DNA of 64,000 bases from contig NC_090412.1 in assembly GCF_036365525.1 (NCBI RefSeq), positions 6,924,123 to 6,988,122 of the forward strand. Direction: 5' to 3'. Below the pieces are notes generated by a model that had not been told where the DNA came from, searched no databases, and saw nothing but the letters and a program-made list of their open reading frames with translations. Source of the stretch: Heterodontus francisci (lineage: Eukaryota). Positions 1-11,134 of this stretch are shown here, piece by piece. The position numbers and the translations under genes are program-made. Each line of letters starts with the position of its first letter. The first letter of the stretch is position 1.

Positions 1-308
1 CCGGGTTCAATTCTGGGTACTGCCTGTGCGGAGTTTGCAAGTTCTCCCTGTGTCTGCGTGGGTTTTCTCCGGGTGCTCCGGTTTCTTCCCATAAGCCAAA
101 AGACTTGCAGGTTGGTAGGGAAATTGGCCATTATAAATTGCCACTAGTATAGGTAGGTGGTAGGGAAATATAGGGACAGGTGGGGATGTGGTAGGAAGAT
201 GGGATTAGTGTAGGATTAGTATAAATGGGTGGTTGATGGTCGGCACAGACTCGGTGGGCCGAAGGGCCTGTTTCAGTGCTGTATCTGTAAACTAAACTAA
301 ACTAAACA
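1..308 (+). mobile_element. HE1-like V-SINE (tRNA-derived), 5' end cut by window edge
   Basis: B-box GGTTCAATT, V-domain TGCGGAGTTTGCAAGTTCTCCCTGTGTCTGCGTGGG, CR1-like 3' end GGGCCGAAGGGCCTGTTTCAGTGCTGTA and (CTAAA)n tail; near-identical to 10136-10480. Confidence 0.85.
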
Positions 309-699
309 ATGCCATGGGAGATCTGCTGGAATATAATTATAGATCTTGTTTCTAGCACATCTTTCACACTTGAAAATTTTACACATACAATCTATTTGAC
401 TTAGATATATTCATAAACTCGCAACAAGGACCGGTGAAGGATCCCGCCCCGCCCCCCCCACAATCCCCATCCTCTCAGGCACACATCAAGAACAGGTGAG
501 TCTCTCTCCTTACCCTCAGGGACATATCAGGACAGGTGAGGTTCCTTGCTCTTCCATGGGCAGCAATTTAGAAAATGAGTCACCATGCAGCATTCTCACA
601 GACCTCCCATTGGCTGACACAAGGAGGCATGAAAATAGTCAGGTGGTCTACACATCCTTGGAGTAAGAATGATACATCATTCTAACAAGCAACTTCTAA

Positions 700-920
700 A
701 GAAAGAAACACTTGTGGTTATATCGCACTTTTCACAACCTCAGGATGTTCCAAGGTGCCTCACAGCCAAGAAAGTATTTTTGAACTTTAGTCACTGTTGC
801 ACTGTAGGAAATGCAGCAGCCAATTTGCACACAAGAAGTTCCCACAAACAGCAAAATGATAAATGACCAGATAATTTTTTTTAATGATGTTGATTGAAGG
901 ATAAATATTGGCCAGGACAG
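700..920 (-). mobile_element. SacSINE1/DeuSINE-like SINE 3' part
   Basis: Reverse complement matches the 3' half of the fuller copy at 6050-6490. Confidence 0.65.
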
Positions 921-1194
921 AAGACAAAAGGAACCTAAAGCGGCAATGGAATAAGAGCCATAAATGGGGTTGAGAGAAAAATAAGTATCAGACTGTTAAA
1001 GAGAGAATCAGTGGTGAATGTAATCCATATGCTGAAATCATCGGGACTGGATCAAATCAAAAGAATTATTCTTGAATACAACAAAGGAACTGGTAATAGC
1101 AAAAGGTGGAATGGGTGTCATTTCTGATTCCCAACTCAGACCTCAGCAAACTTTATTTCTTCCCAGTGGAGCAGGTGGACTGACAGGTGTATTA

Positions 1195-1495
1195 TGGAAG
1201 AAACAGGAGCAAGAATAGGCAACATCTTTCAAGCCGGCTCCACTATTCAATATGATCAAAACTGATCTTCTACTTCAACTACATCTACCCTCATTGTCTC
1301 CATATCCCTTAACCCCTTAGTGCCCAACCATTTAGTGACTGCTGTCTTGAATATACTCAATGCCTAAGCATCACAGCCCTCTGGGGTACAGAATTTCAAA
1401 GACTCACAACCCTTTGAGTGAACAAATTTCTCCTCATCTCACTGTTAAGTGGCTGACTCATTATTCTGAGACTGTGTCCCCTAGTTCTGGACTAG
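1195..1495 (-). mobile_element. Old CR1 LINE 3' fragment
   Basis: Reverse complement resembles the CR1 ORF2 end plus 3' UTR seen at 41810-42270. Confidence 0.6.
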
Positions 1496-1617
1496 CTACA
1501 ACTGATGTCAGTGGACTGGCATTATATTATATACAATAAATAAAAAATTCAATCTTTTACATTAGTTTGTAATGAGCTAAGAATGGCACAAGAATCACGT
1601 AAAGGGCATGCACTTAC

Positions 1618-1739
1618 CCGAGGGCACTGGGTGAACTTTCCTCTTTAACTGTTTACTGGGTTTGAAAAACACTGGCATCGTAACTGGATGAATTTCAACA
1701 TTCTGCAACAACCATCCTCTTTGTCCCAGGGTCTCCTAT
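1618..1739 (-). other. Candidate minus-strand exon of an unidentified gene or lncRNA
   Basis: Acceptor aatttttgcAG at 1741-1740, donor GTAAGTG at 1617-1611; ATG at 1678 opens MPVFFKPSKQLKRKVHPVPS up to the donor; product not recognised. Confidence 0.35.
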
Positions 1740-3260
1740 CTGCAAAAATTGGCAAATGTGCCTGAGTCTTTTGATATACAGTGTGAGCATCTCCGCCCAT
1801 TGTCTCTTTTCACATCATGCATGCTGCACCCCTTGGCAATGTGCAACCTCAATCAGTGTCCCGGATGGCTGTGTAGAGTGCTGTACCCCCACCCTCGTTG
1901 CCATGGAGGTTTTACGTTACAGGGAAGGCAGATGTTGTTTATCTCACTGTCAGGTTCAGTTTAGAGTAAAATTGAGGGCATACTGTGTATTGTACAGTGG
2001 GTCAGTCACTGACACTGCATGCTAATTAAACAATGTATTCTTTTTCAATATGTTTTGTTTCTAAATGAATTCAGCAGGAGGTTTGAAATAACTGGATTGA
2101 TCTTTTGTTTGGAGACACCATATATTGTAATTTGAGTGTCGTTGATTCATCATTTCTCAAACGTTAAAAAAAATTGGTCTTCTGTGACAAAATTTAAAGT
2201 ATAACTGACCCATCTTTCATTTATTTATTCTTTCTAGCTTTACACGCACATTCAATTTTACATGGTATAATTTTCCTTCCCTTATAAATAGTGCGCTCTC
2301 AGACCTATTGTGATAAGTGTTGTTTTGGTCAACAAAAATTAGGCAAATTCAACAGACATTGAATAAATTATTGTACTTTGTCCAGGCAAGATAAATTAAG
2401 TTAGAAAAACATTTTTTTTAATGAAGTTGAAACTAAAAATTGAGATAAGAACGGGAGACCAAAACTCAAATTGCAATCAATTTTGGGATTCAAGTACAAT
2501 GATGGGTAGTTGCCAAATCGAAGAACTGATGTCAGCAGTTGAAATGAACAAATGAAAATGGTGAAATTTATCTTGGTAGACAGTGCAAGTTGAGCAGTAG
2601 CGAATCATCAGCCAGCATTACAACCTCTGAATTTGTGTTCAATTGAAAGAAAATCTTACAGGGTGCACAATACGAGGAAAATATTTGGCGAAGTTTTACC
2701 AGGACTGAAACTAAAATATGACTTACATTTGGGATCAAAAGACTAGATAACAAAAAACTAGATCTAAATATCTTCCAAAGAATTACCAATGAAATATTAA
2801 CACACAACTAAAATGGTTATTCTTCCCATGAATAAAATAACCCTGCTTCTCTGACAGCTGCATGTGGATGAACTTCTGTTCTTTATATATTTTCTTTTTA
2901 CTCCAAAGCTGAACATGTTCTCTCCCTGACTACTGATGAATTTAGCCTGATATTTTCTTCTAGGATCTGAAGGATGTGGACAGAAATGCATCTTGTTAAT
3001 TATTTTGCTGACTGTATAAATGGGACAAGCCTCTGCAGTAAATAGCTGATAGAATAGCAATGCATTCCATCGCTAGAGTCTTCGAACGTACAGATAAAGA
3101 ATTCCAAAACTGACTTTAGATATCCGTCATATCATTACAAGTCTTTGAGGGCCCAATATTGAAAGAGGATCTCTTGAAGTTCCATCAACAATCCAGCAAT
3201 TAACAATATAAAATGTGAATAATGAATATAAATTCGCATTTGTCCCTTTTAGGAACTCTC

Positions 3261-3636
3261 ATTGGCCTGTAACAATCATGCCAAATTTCCAAATGTTGGG
3301 CTCACTTTCCAGGAATCTTATTGGCTGACAAAGATCATGCAACCTTTCAATTATTGGTGATGGGACGCTCCTGCTTGTGCCATTTTCTAGCTATCTTATT
3401 GGCTGCTGCTAGATACAGGACGCACCTGAATATTCCTTATTTGCTGGGGTTCTGTACCAATGGGAATAAATTTTGGATGGACGGGCATTCAGCAGACTTC
3501 GGTTTATACAGTACTGGCTCTTTGGCACATGGTAACTTGGTGCCAGCTGCTGATCATTGGCTATGTTTGCTGCATTGACCAATGTGACTGAGAAATCATC
3601 ATCAGACATTGGTCCAAAGTAGCCAAAGCTCATTGG
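3261..3636. promoter_or_regulatory. Cluster of nine CCAAT/ATTGG boxes
   Basis: ATTGG at 3261, 3320, 3353, 3398, 3556, 3608, 3632 and CCAAT at 3457, 3579. Confidence 0.45.
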
Positions 3637-3957
3637 TGCTGTACCCGAGTGATAACAGAAAGGCATTGCATCACAATGCCAAAGTGACTTCACTGAACAA
3701 TTTCAACTGATTTTCAGTTCAAATATGTGTTACCAGAAGCATGTTTTACATAGTTGTTTATCTCTACAACATAGGAATTGTTAATTGATTAAAAACTCTT
3801 GGTCTATCCATTTCCTGATAGTCACGAGACAATGATAATGAAACTGTTGACTAATCACAGTAATCAATCTCTATCAGTGAGTCTACAACAGATCCAGACA
3901 TGAGACAAGGAAACCCTTGTAGCGAAGAGCCTTGGGAACCATAGGTGCAAAGTCAGC

Positions 3958-4205
3958 TTTTTAAATCATTCATGGGATGTGGGCATCGCTGGCAAGGCCA
4001 ACATTTATTGCCCATCCCTCATTGTCCCTGAGAAGGTGGTGGTGTCCTTCCTTTTGGAATGCAACGGAGTAGCTTGCCAGGCCATTTCAGAGGACAGTTA
4101 TGAGTCAACCAGATTGCTGTGGGTCTGGAGTCACATATAGGCCAGATTGGGTAAGGACGGCAGATTTCCTTCCCTAAAGGACATAATGAACCACATGGGT
4201 TTTTA
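3958..4205 (-). mobile_element. 3' end fragment of a CR1-clade LINE or derived element
   Basis: CATGGGATGTGGGC...CATTTATTGCCCATCCCT...GAGAAGGTGGT shared with 32767-33630. Confidence 0.6.
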
Positions 4206-4381
4206 CTCCCAAGCCTCCTACACTTACCACATATGTTTCAAATTACTCATATGCGTTGAACCACAATGTTATTTCCTGAAAATAATTATTTGATTTGCAT
4301 TTGGTTTAATACTATATGGCTCCAACATCTCCCTAGTGAGTCTGTTCCATAGATGATTGACTACTCACTCACTGGCATATT

Positions 4382-5147
4382 GGGCAGCATTTTAAAGCCC
4401 TTCCGCCATCGACCTCGATGGTGACAAGCCCCGTGCCGATCTCGGCGACAGTGGCAAGGCCTCGTGGCAGCCGCCCCACCGCTCGACGACGGGACCCCCA
4501 TTTCAATATGTAAACTAATCCACATACCTGTTTTAATGAGAGTCCCATCGCCTCACCGATCTTCATTTGGGTGGTCGACAATGCTGCACCTTCAACTCCC
4601 CGTTCGGGGAAATGTGGCACGACACCTGTGGGGCAGGAGGAGGAGGATTTTTTCTTTGTGCGGGAGGGGAGCAGCAGGGTGACAACGCTGCGGATTGGTC
4701 AGGGGGTTGGGGGGTGGTGGGTGATGGGAAGAAGTAAAGGGTAAAGTTACCGAACTTTGGAAGGGGGAAAAGGGCAAATTCTCAGTATTCACGAGGGGAG
4801 GAAAACGGCATGAATGGCCGGAAATGCCATTGGGGGTGGGGTGGGAAAATGCATTCAAAGATCACGTAATTCTGTTTTGTTGCAATGTAACTTACCTGAA
4901 ACTTAATTTGTAAATGTCCATTAAGGGCTGTAAGTCCTTTAAAAATGGCGTGGCACCTGCGCATTGGCACCGGATGCTGTTGCCTGTGACAACTCGCCTG
5001 TCCCCTCCATGTCATTGCTGTACAGCCATGCAAATGAACCGCCGCATTTGAAATTGTGGTGTTTCTGTGATGCGGCGCCTATGCATGCCAGCTGTATTTT
5101 TTTACGTCCGCCGCCTACTTTAGCGGCGGACTCTTAAAATGCAGCCC
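4382..5147. mobile_element. Non-autonomous DNA transposon (PIF/Harbinger-like MITE)
   Basis: 14-bp TIR GGGCAGCATTTTAA ... TTAAAATGCAGCCC (13/14 match), 3-bp ATT on both sides (4379-4381, 5148-5150), GC/CpG-rich interior, no transposase ORF. Confidence 0.7.
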
Positions 5148-5239
5148 ATTGTTTTCATAGATTCATTTTGAATTTACCCTTAAAGCATAGACAGTGTCAT
5201 CTGATTCTGCTGTTCCAGGCAAGGTGAAATAGATGTCCC

Positions 5240-5430
5240 CTGCTACTTTGAATCATGTCGTGGGATCTTTTACATCCACTTGAGAGAGCAGATGATCCTG
5301 AGCTTAACGTCTCATCCGGAAAATGGCACTTTCAACAATGCAGCACCCCCTCAGCACTCCTCTGCAAGTGTCAGCCTAGATCATGTGCTCAGGTCTCTGG
5401 AGTGGAACTCTGACTTAGAGGCAACTGTGC
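5240..5430 (-). mobile_element. SacSINE1/DeuSINE-like SINE 5' part
   Basis: Reverse complement matches the head of 6050-6490. Confidence 0.55.
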
Positions 5431-6049
5431 TACCTCATTGTCTATTATTCTGCTGCACAGACTTAAGAACACAAGGTCCTACTTGCTCTGAACAGGCTTC
5501 TTCGGAGGTCAGTTAGAAAGTAGCATTTTTTTTCTGCAGTTTGGCAGCTACTTGCAAATTTCTGACTCCTCTCGAAGGTCAGATGAACGGAAGCAAATGA
5601 CTGGCTGACGATCGGGGTTGAAAATGGATAATTGTGTGGGCAGAAGGGTTCATGACAAGAACTGGGGCACAAGTTAAAACTAGCAATTGCCCAATTTCGA
5701 ACTGATATCAGGAAACTAATTCTTCACACAAAGAGAGATCAACACTTGCACTCCACATAGGGTACTACATGTGCAAATCTTATTCATCGGAGATGATGTA
5801 ACTTGATGAAGGGGGAAGTCACAGCACATTTCATTTCCAAAAAACACACCCGCATTGATTCCATTCCTGCTGTAACTACACTGAGGATTAATGTTCTTAT
5901 AATTAATTTCTTTTCCTTTCTCATCAACTTTCATCTCTTGCCTGAAGGAAGTGATTTCTGGCTGGAGTAGGGTGCCAAGTCCCTTCTGGTTACATTGGTC
6001 TAGTTGCTGTTTTGCACCTGTGAGACTCAACAATGAAATATCAACTGAG

Positions 6050-6490
6050 TCAGCCTTAGCTCAGTTGCTAACACTCTCACCTCTGAGGCATAAGGTTGTG
6101 GGATTTGAGTGCCACTCCAGGCCCTGAGTACAACAATTTGGGCTAATACTCCAGTGCAGTAGTGAGGGAGAGAGGTGCTGTCTTTTGGATAAGGACGTTA
6201 AACCAAGGCCCCATCTGCCTTCTCAGGTGGATGTAAAAGTTCCATGGTGCTAATTCAAAGCAGAGCAGGGGAGTTCTCCCTGGAGATCTGGTCAATATTT
6301 ATTTCTCAATCAACATCACAAAAACAGATTATCTGGTCATTATCACATTGTTGTTTGTGGGAGCTTGTTGTGCACAAATTAGCTGTCGGGTTTCCTACAA
6401 CAGTGACTATACATCAAAAGTTGGGTGTAAAGCGCTTTGGGACATCTGGTGGTGGCGAAAGGCACTATATAAAAGCAAGTCTTTTTTTCT
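6050..6490 (+). mobile_element. Near full-length SacSINE1/DeuSINE-like SINE
   Basis: tRNA-like head TAGCTCAGTTGCTAACACTCTCACCTCTGAG, central CAGATTATCTGGTCATTATCACATTG, L2-like tail GTAAAGCGCTTTGGG...CACTATATAAAAGCAAG; many partial copies in the window. Confidence 0.7.
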
Positions 6491-6829
6491 GAGAGAGGCA
6501 TTGCAGCCCAACCGGACATCAACTAATGTGCATTTCAAACTGAGACTGCGGACCAGTGTCGGTCACAAACCCAGAAGCATTAAAGATCGCTTATTGTCTC
6601 CTTTACACCTGTCTGAATGAGACTGACGAGCTGAACACAGAACAAGGATCAAAGCTGGGACTTTCAGCTCAGTTATTGACTATTACAGCTATTTCTAATG
6701 TTTGCTGTGTATATTCTTTCAAGCAGTTGGACTGTCAGCACTTGTACGTTAGTTGGATTGGTAAATGCATTCATAGCTGTCTGATAACTTCATTGTCACT
6801 CTCCATTTTGTTGACCTTCAAGGTGAGGT

Positions 6830-7392
6830 TAGTAGACAAATTGTGCTATTTACCCATCACCCTTCTGCCCGCTGATCTACATTGGTTTCCATTCCAGCAA
6901 CAACTCAATTTTTAAATTCCTATTCTCGTGTTCAAGTTCTTTCTTGCCCCTCCTTATCTCTGTAACTTCCTCCAGCCCTACAACCTTCCGAGAACTCTGT
7001 GTCCCTCTAATTCTAACCTTGATTTTAATTGGTCCACCACTGCTGTGCATTCAGCTGCCTAGGTGCTAATATCTGAAATTCCTTTCCTAAACCTTCCTCC
7101 TCTCCCGCTGTCTCTCCAACTTTAACATGGTGGGGATGTGGTAGGAATATGGAATTAGTGTAGGATTAGTATAAATGGGTGGTTGATGGTCGGCACAGAC
7201 TCGGTGGGCCGAAGGGCCTGTTTCAGTGCTGTATCTCTAATCTAATCTAATCTTAAAACTTACCTATTTGACCAAGCTTTTGTCACCTGTCCTAATCGCG
7301 CCTTCTTTGGTGTGGTACTAATTTTTGGCTTAGTACTCTCCTGTGAAGCATGTTTTACCACACTAACGTCTCTGCATAAATGCAAGTTGTTG
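6830..7392 (+). mobile_element. L2 LINE 3' end with nested V-SINE 3' fragment (about 7128-7252)
   Basis: L2-type ORF2 end CCCATCACCC...CTACATTGG...TTTTAAATTC, then CTTAAAAC.TACCT.TTTGACCAAGCTTT; interrupted by the HE1 3' half with a (TCTAA)n tail. Confidence 0.6.
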
Positions 7393-8089
7393 ATTTTAAT
7401 CCATACCCCAAAAACACAATGTCCAAAGTTTTCTCCCTGTGGGCTGTATAGATGTAGACCATGGACCCCTGGGCCACATTTAAAGAATTACACAAGACAC
7501 CAAATTCAAAGAATGTAAACATTCCCCAGCCCTACACAATAAGTTACAAACTGTTTGAATTTCCTGCTCTGTTTCAGGAGTTGACTGGAGAACCTAGCTA
7601 TGTAGATACTGCCCTCAGGGACACATGCATGAGGATATCAGGAGGAGTATGGAAACTGACATGGGCAGCTTGGGCTGAATGGCCTGTTGTTGTGCTGTAA
7701 ATTCTAAGTGATCTTTGTAACTTAGCCATCAAAGACGCTGGAGACTGTCACCTGTCAATGGAGTAGTGGAGCACAATGAGATGAGCGGGTAAACGGGAGA
7801 CTGTTTCTTTCTCCAGAGCAATAATTGGATGAACCCTGACATCAACACGGGAAACCTCCATTATGTTTGCCTATTATCAGGTTCAGTACCATCATAGAGA
7901 ACCCTCAAGCAGGGTCTCCTCTCCCCTGCAATATTGTCTCACTCCAGTGACATCAGCAATGGGCCCCAATGCATGCCAAAGAGCCAAAAAGAGTGAACAA
8001 TGGAAACTGCATCTTCCAACCAGTCTAAAGGCTACTCCCAAGACGGCCATCCAACTCCAGCAATGCTACTGTCTGGGGGAGTCTATATG

Positions 8090-8566
8090 CTGTGCTTGTT
8101 GTCCTTCCTCTCTGTGTCTGTGCATCTGTCAGCTTCCCGATGGCTGTGCCTGGTCCTCCCTCTCCAGCTATCTGTGGTTTCTGTCTCTCTCAGTGTCTCA
8201 ATGCTTTTCTCAGTGCATTCCTCAGCTACTTTTTCTCTCCTCCTCTGTTCCCCTGTGACTTTCCCTCCTCCCCATCTCTTTGTCACTGTCACTGTCCCTG
8301 CCTCTCTCTATTTAACTCCCTTCCAGTCTCTTCCTCTCCTCAAACTCCTTTCCCATCTCAGGACCTCTGTCTATATTTTTGTTGCTTTAATATTTCTCCC
8401 CTTTCTTCTCTCTTTCTCCTTCTATCTCTCCTTTTATTTTCCCTCTGCCCTTTTCCTATTCCCTTCTATCTTTCCTTTTTCCCTTCCTTTCCCTATTTCT
8501 TCTTTCCTCCCCTCCTCCTTTCCCTATTTCCTCCTTCACCCCCTTCCTTCTATTTCTCCTGTTTCC
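8090..8566 (+). repeat. CT-rich low-complexity (polypyrimidine) tract upstream of the SAR1A promoter
   Basis: Strongly C/T-biased + strand; explains the spurious F/L/S/P-rich ORFs. Confidence 0.85.
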
Positions 8567-8574
8567 AGCTGACT

Positions 8575-8739
8575 GGCCCTAACCCCGGAAGGAGTCTGGG
8601 GAGGGTTGTGACCCCCGGAAGCAGTGTGTGTTTCCGGTGCGGGGCGGAGGGCAGTCGCTGCCGGTGAGCGCGGGGGGGCGGGGGAACCGGGAGCGGGGAG
8701 ACGGAGCGACCGAGGCCGGTGCGGCAGCGTCAGGGACAG
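8575..8739 (+). promoter_or_regulatory. SAR1A: SAR1A CpG-rich promoter and non-coding first exon
   Basis: ETS/GABP motifs CCGGAAG (about 8585, 8615) and TTCCGG (about 8632), GC box GGGGCGG (8641), high CpG; donors CCG|GTGAGC (GT 8664) and CAG|GTGAGA (GT 8740); next exon has only 18 nt of 5' UTR. Confidence 0.7.
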
Positions 8740-8825
8740 GTGAGAACACGCGAAGCCCCGGTTACCGGGGGCGGGGGCAGTCCGGCCCGGTAACGGGGGG
8801 GGGAGAGAGGGGGAGGTGCTCCCCG

Positions 8826-9170
8826 GGGGGTTGTGGGAGGGGCTCCCGGGGTGGGGGGTGGGGGGGGCTCCCGGAGTGGACTGTGGGAGGGGCTTCCTGG
8901 GGGGTTGTGGGAGGGGCTTCCTGGGGGTTGTGGGAGGGGCTCCCGGAGTGGGTGGGGGGGTTGTGGGAGGGGCTCCCGGAGTGGGTTGTGGGAGGGGCTT
9001 CCGGAGTGGGTTGTGGGAGGGGCTTCCGGAGTGGGTGGGGGGGTTGTGGGAGGGGCTCCCGGAGTGGACTGGGGGGGTTGTGGGAGGGGCTTCCTGGGGG
9101 GTTGTGGGAGGGGCTCCCGGAGTGGGTGGGGGGGCTCCCCAGGGGAGGCTCTCGGGGGAGGGGCTCGGAT
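8826..9170 (+). repeat. G-rich minisatellite, about 10 variant copies with core TGTGGGAGGGGCT(C/T)CC
   Basis: Directly visible tandem units of about 22-50 bp at the start of SAR1A intron 1. Confidence 0.9.
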
Positions 9171-9224
9171 CTGGGGAAAGGAAATATATTAACAAGAAAA
9201 AAAGTCAATGCAAAATAATCAATG

Positions 9225-9420
9225 TAGTTATGGTTAATGACTCTGCATATTGTGCTGACCTGGCAGCAGATTCAATAGTAATTTTCAAAAGGGAAGTGGA
9301 TAAATACTTGAAAAGCAACAATTTGTGGGGGAGAGTGAGAGAGGAGGGGGCCTAATTGGATGGCGCTCTGAGTCAGCAGAGGTGTGATGGGCCGAATGGC
9401 TGCCTTCTGTGCTATATCAT
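9225..9420 (+). mobile_element. Old CR1 3' fragment
   Basis: GGCAGCAGATTCAATAGTAATTTTCAAAAGGGAAGTGGATAAATACTTG...GATGGGCCGAATGGC. Confidence 0.6.
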
Positions 9421-10135
9421 TCCACATGAAATAGGGACAGGAACACACATCCTGTCCTCACCTGCAACAACCCACATGCTGAGAATTCCCATCTACTGTA
9501 AGAGGTATAAAGTAGAGGGAAAATCCTCTGGGAAATTCCTCTGTGGATCTCCACTCCCCCTCCCCCTCCCCAGCTGCCAAAGGGCAATTTAGATTGTAGT
9601 TTCTGATACTGTGGCACTCGTTCCTATTAACCAATCCACCTTCTGTACTTCAAATTACTCACAGGAACTTGTCCTTTGATTTTGCATGCACTCAACTTAT
9701 TCCAAAGGTCAGTAACTCTCTGTGGGAAAAAAACCTTTTTGAGTACTCGTGGTCATAAATGTATGATAGTCACAGATCAGGAATCCAGGAGACACTTTAG
9801 CCAGAGTGTGTTGTGGAACTCACCACAAAGAGTGGTTGAGGTGAGTAGAAAGCAAGTGCCTGAGGAGTAGAAGGATATGCCAACAGGGTGAGATGAAGCA
9901 GGAAGGGGAGGTGGCGAATGCAAGCCAGTTCCACAAGGTGCAGCATTACTCAGCAGTCTTTGGCATAGCGCATTATCAAGAGCTATTTGAAGTTGTAAAT
10001 GCCCAGTGCCGACTGTGCTTCAGCCACCGACTGATTTTCTAACCTGTGTGAAAATTCATTCAAGTTGGTGAGTCCATTCGCTGCTATTATTGGCACCACA
10101 TGGGGCTGTCCCTCCAGATCAGGGGAACAATCCCA

Positions 10136-10480
10136 GGGCGGCGCAGTGGTTAGCACCGCAGCCTCACAGCTCCAGCGACCCGGGTTCAATTCTGGGTACT
10201 GCCTGTGTGGAGTTTGCAAGTTCTCCCTGTGTCTGCGTGGGTTTTCGCTGGGTACTCCGCTTTCCTCCCACCACCAAAGACTTGCAGGTTGATAAGTAAA
10301 TTGGCCATTATAAATTGCCCCTAGTATAGGTAGGTGGTAGGGGAATATAGGGACAGGTGGGGATGTGGTAGGAATATGGGATTACTGTCGGATTAGTATA
10401 AATGGGTAGTTGATGGTCGGCACAGACTCGGTGGGCCGAAGGGCCTGTTTCAGTGCTGTATCTCTAAATAAATAAATAAA
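10136..10480 (+). mobile_element. Full-length HE1-like V-SINE
   Basis: A-box GGCGCAGTGG, B-box GGTTCAATTC, V-domain, CR1-derived 3' end, (TAAA)n tail. Confidence 0.9.
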
Positions 10481-10535
10481 CTCAGTGAGGCACTAAATAT
10501 TGAGCCAGTGGATCACAAAGCACAACCCCTATTTC

Positions 10536-11018
10536 CTACAGCCCCCTTGGGTTGATATCATCAGGGTCAGCAGCCCCATCAGCTTTAAACATCCTAACTG
10601 CAGTATAGACCATTGTCATGTCCAAATCTACACATTCAGTATCAATGTCACTCTTACACTGCAGCATTCGTAACTCAATGCGATCTCCAGCAGTGAAGCA
10701 TGAAGCAAAGTATCTACTTAAAACCTCAGCTATATCTTGGAACTCAAGAATCCTCAGCGGCCCCTTGACTTCCAATATAGCTGAAAGAGATCTTACTGTC
10801 ACTACCATAGCTAACCACTTCTCCAGTCCCGTTTTAGCCAATACAGCAGCAGATTTCATCACCCTTATTGCATTATTTACCTTTATAGCTGTTAAAATAC
10901 TTCTGCTTAGTTCAATTTGTCTTTGGACATGACAAGTTAGCTGATTTGTTAACCAAGAAGCATAAATGTCTTTCTGCATAAGTGGTTTTCTAGTGCTCCA
11001 TTTTTCGCAGTGCGACAA
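10536..11018 (-). mobile_element. Degenerate CR1-clade ORF2 fragment (EN-RT linker)
   Basis: AEVLSRYFASCFT...AADPDDINPRGL resembles the CR1 motif AEILNxYFxSVF...GPDGIHPRVL. Confidence 0.6.
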
Positions 11019-11134
11019 TTAATCCCCTCGTGGCAGGAACGACCCGCCCGGCCCTCAGTTCAACCTTACTCAATTCGTCTACCATCTTTGTAAATGTAGC
11101 CCTCCTGTAAAGAGAGCCAACATGGAGTTGGAAG

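Noticed and set aside
470-550. Two imperfect ~39-bp tandem units each ending CAGGTGAG, near a GC box
   Set aside because: Only two diverged units and no downstream exon to link; insufficient evidence for a promoter or exon
2380-3230. Purine-rich, coding-looking stretch with an acceptor-like site near 2963
   Set aside because: Stops in all + frames examined and no recognisable protein; it does not match the expected neighbour PPA1
3409-3693. 94-aa minus-strand ORF over the CCAAT cluster
   Set aside because: Non-ATG start, no recognisable homology, no clear splice sites
8826-9170. Repeat-spacer appearance resembling CRISPR
   Set aside because: Spacers are not unique, context is a vertebrate intron, and no cas genes are present
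8000-9355. Overlapping F/L/S/P-rich and G/P-rich ORFs
   Set aside because: By-products of the CT tract and G-rich minisatellite; open in several frames on both strands
10136-10210. tRNA-like A and B boxes (also about 19535-19607 and 6050-6120)
   Set aside because: These are SINE heads followed by SINE bodies, not tRNA genes
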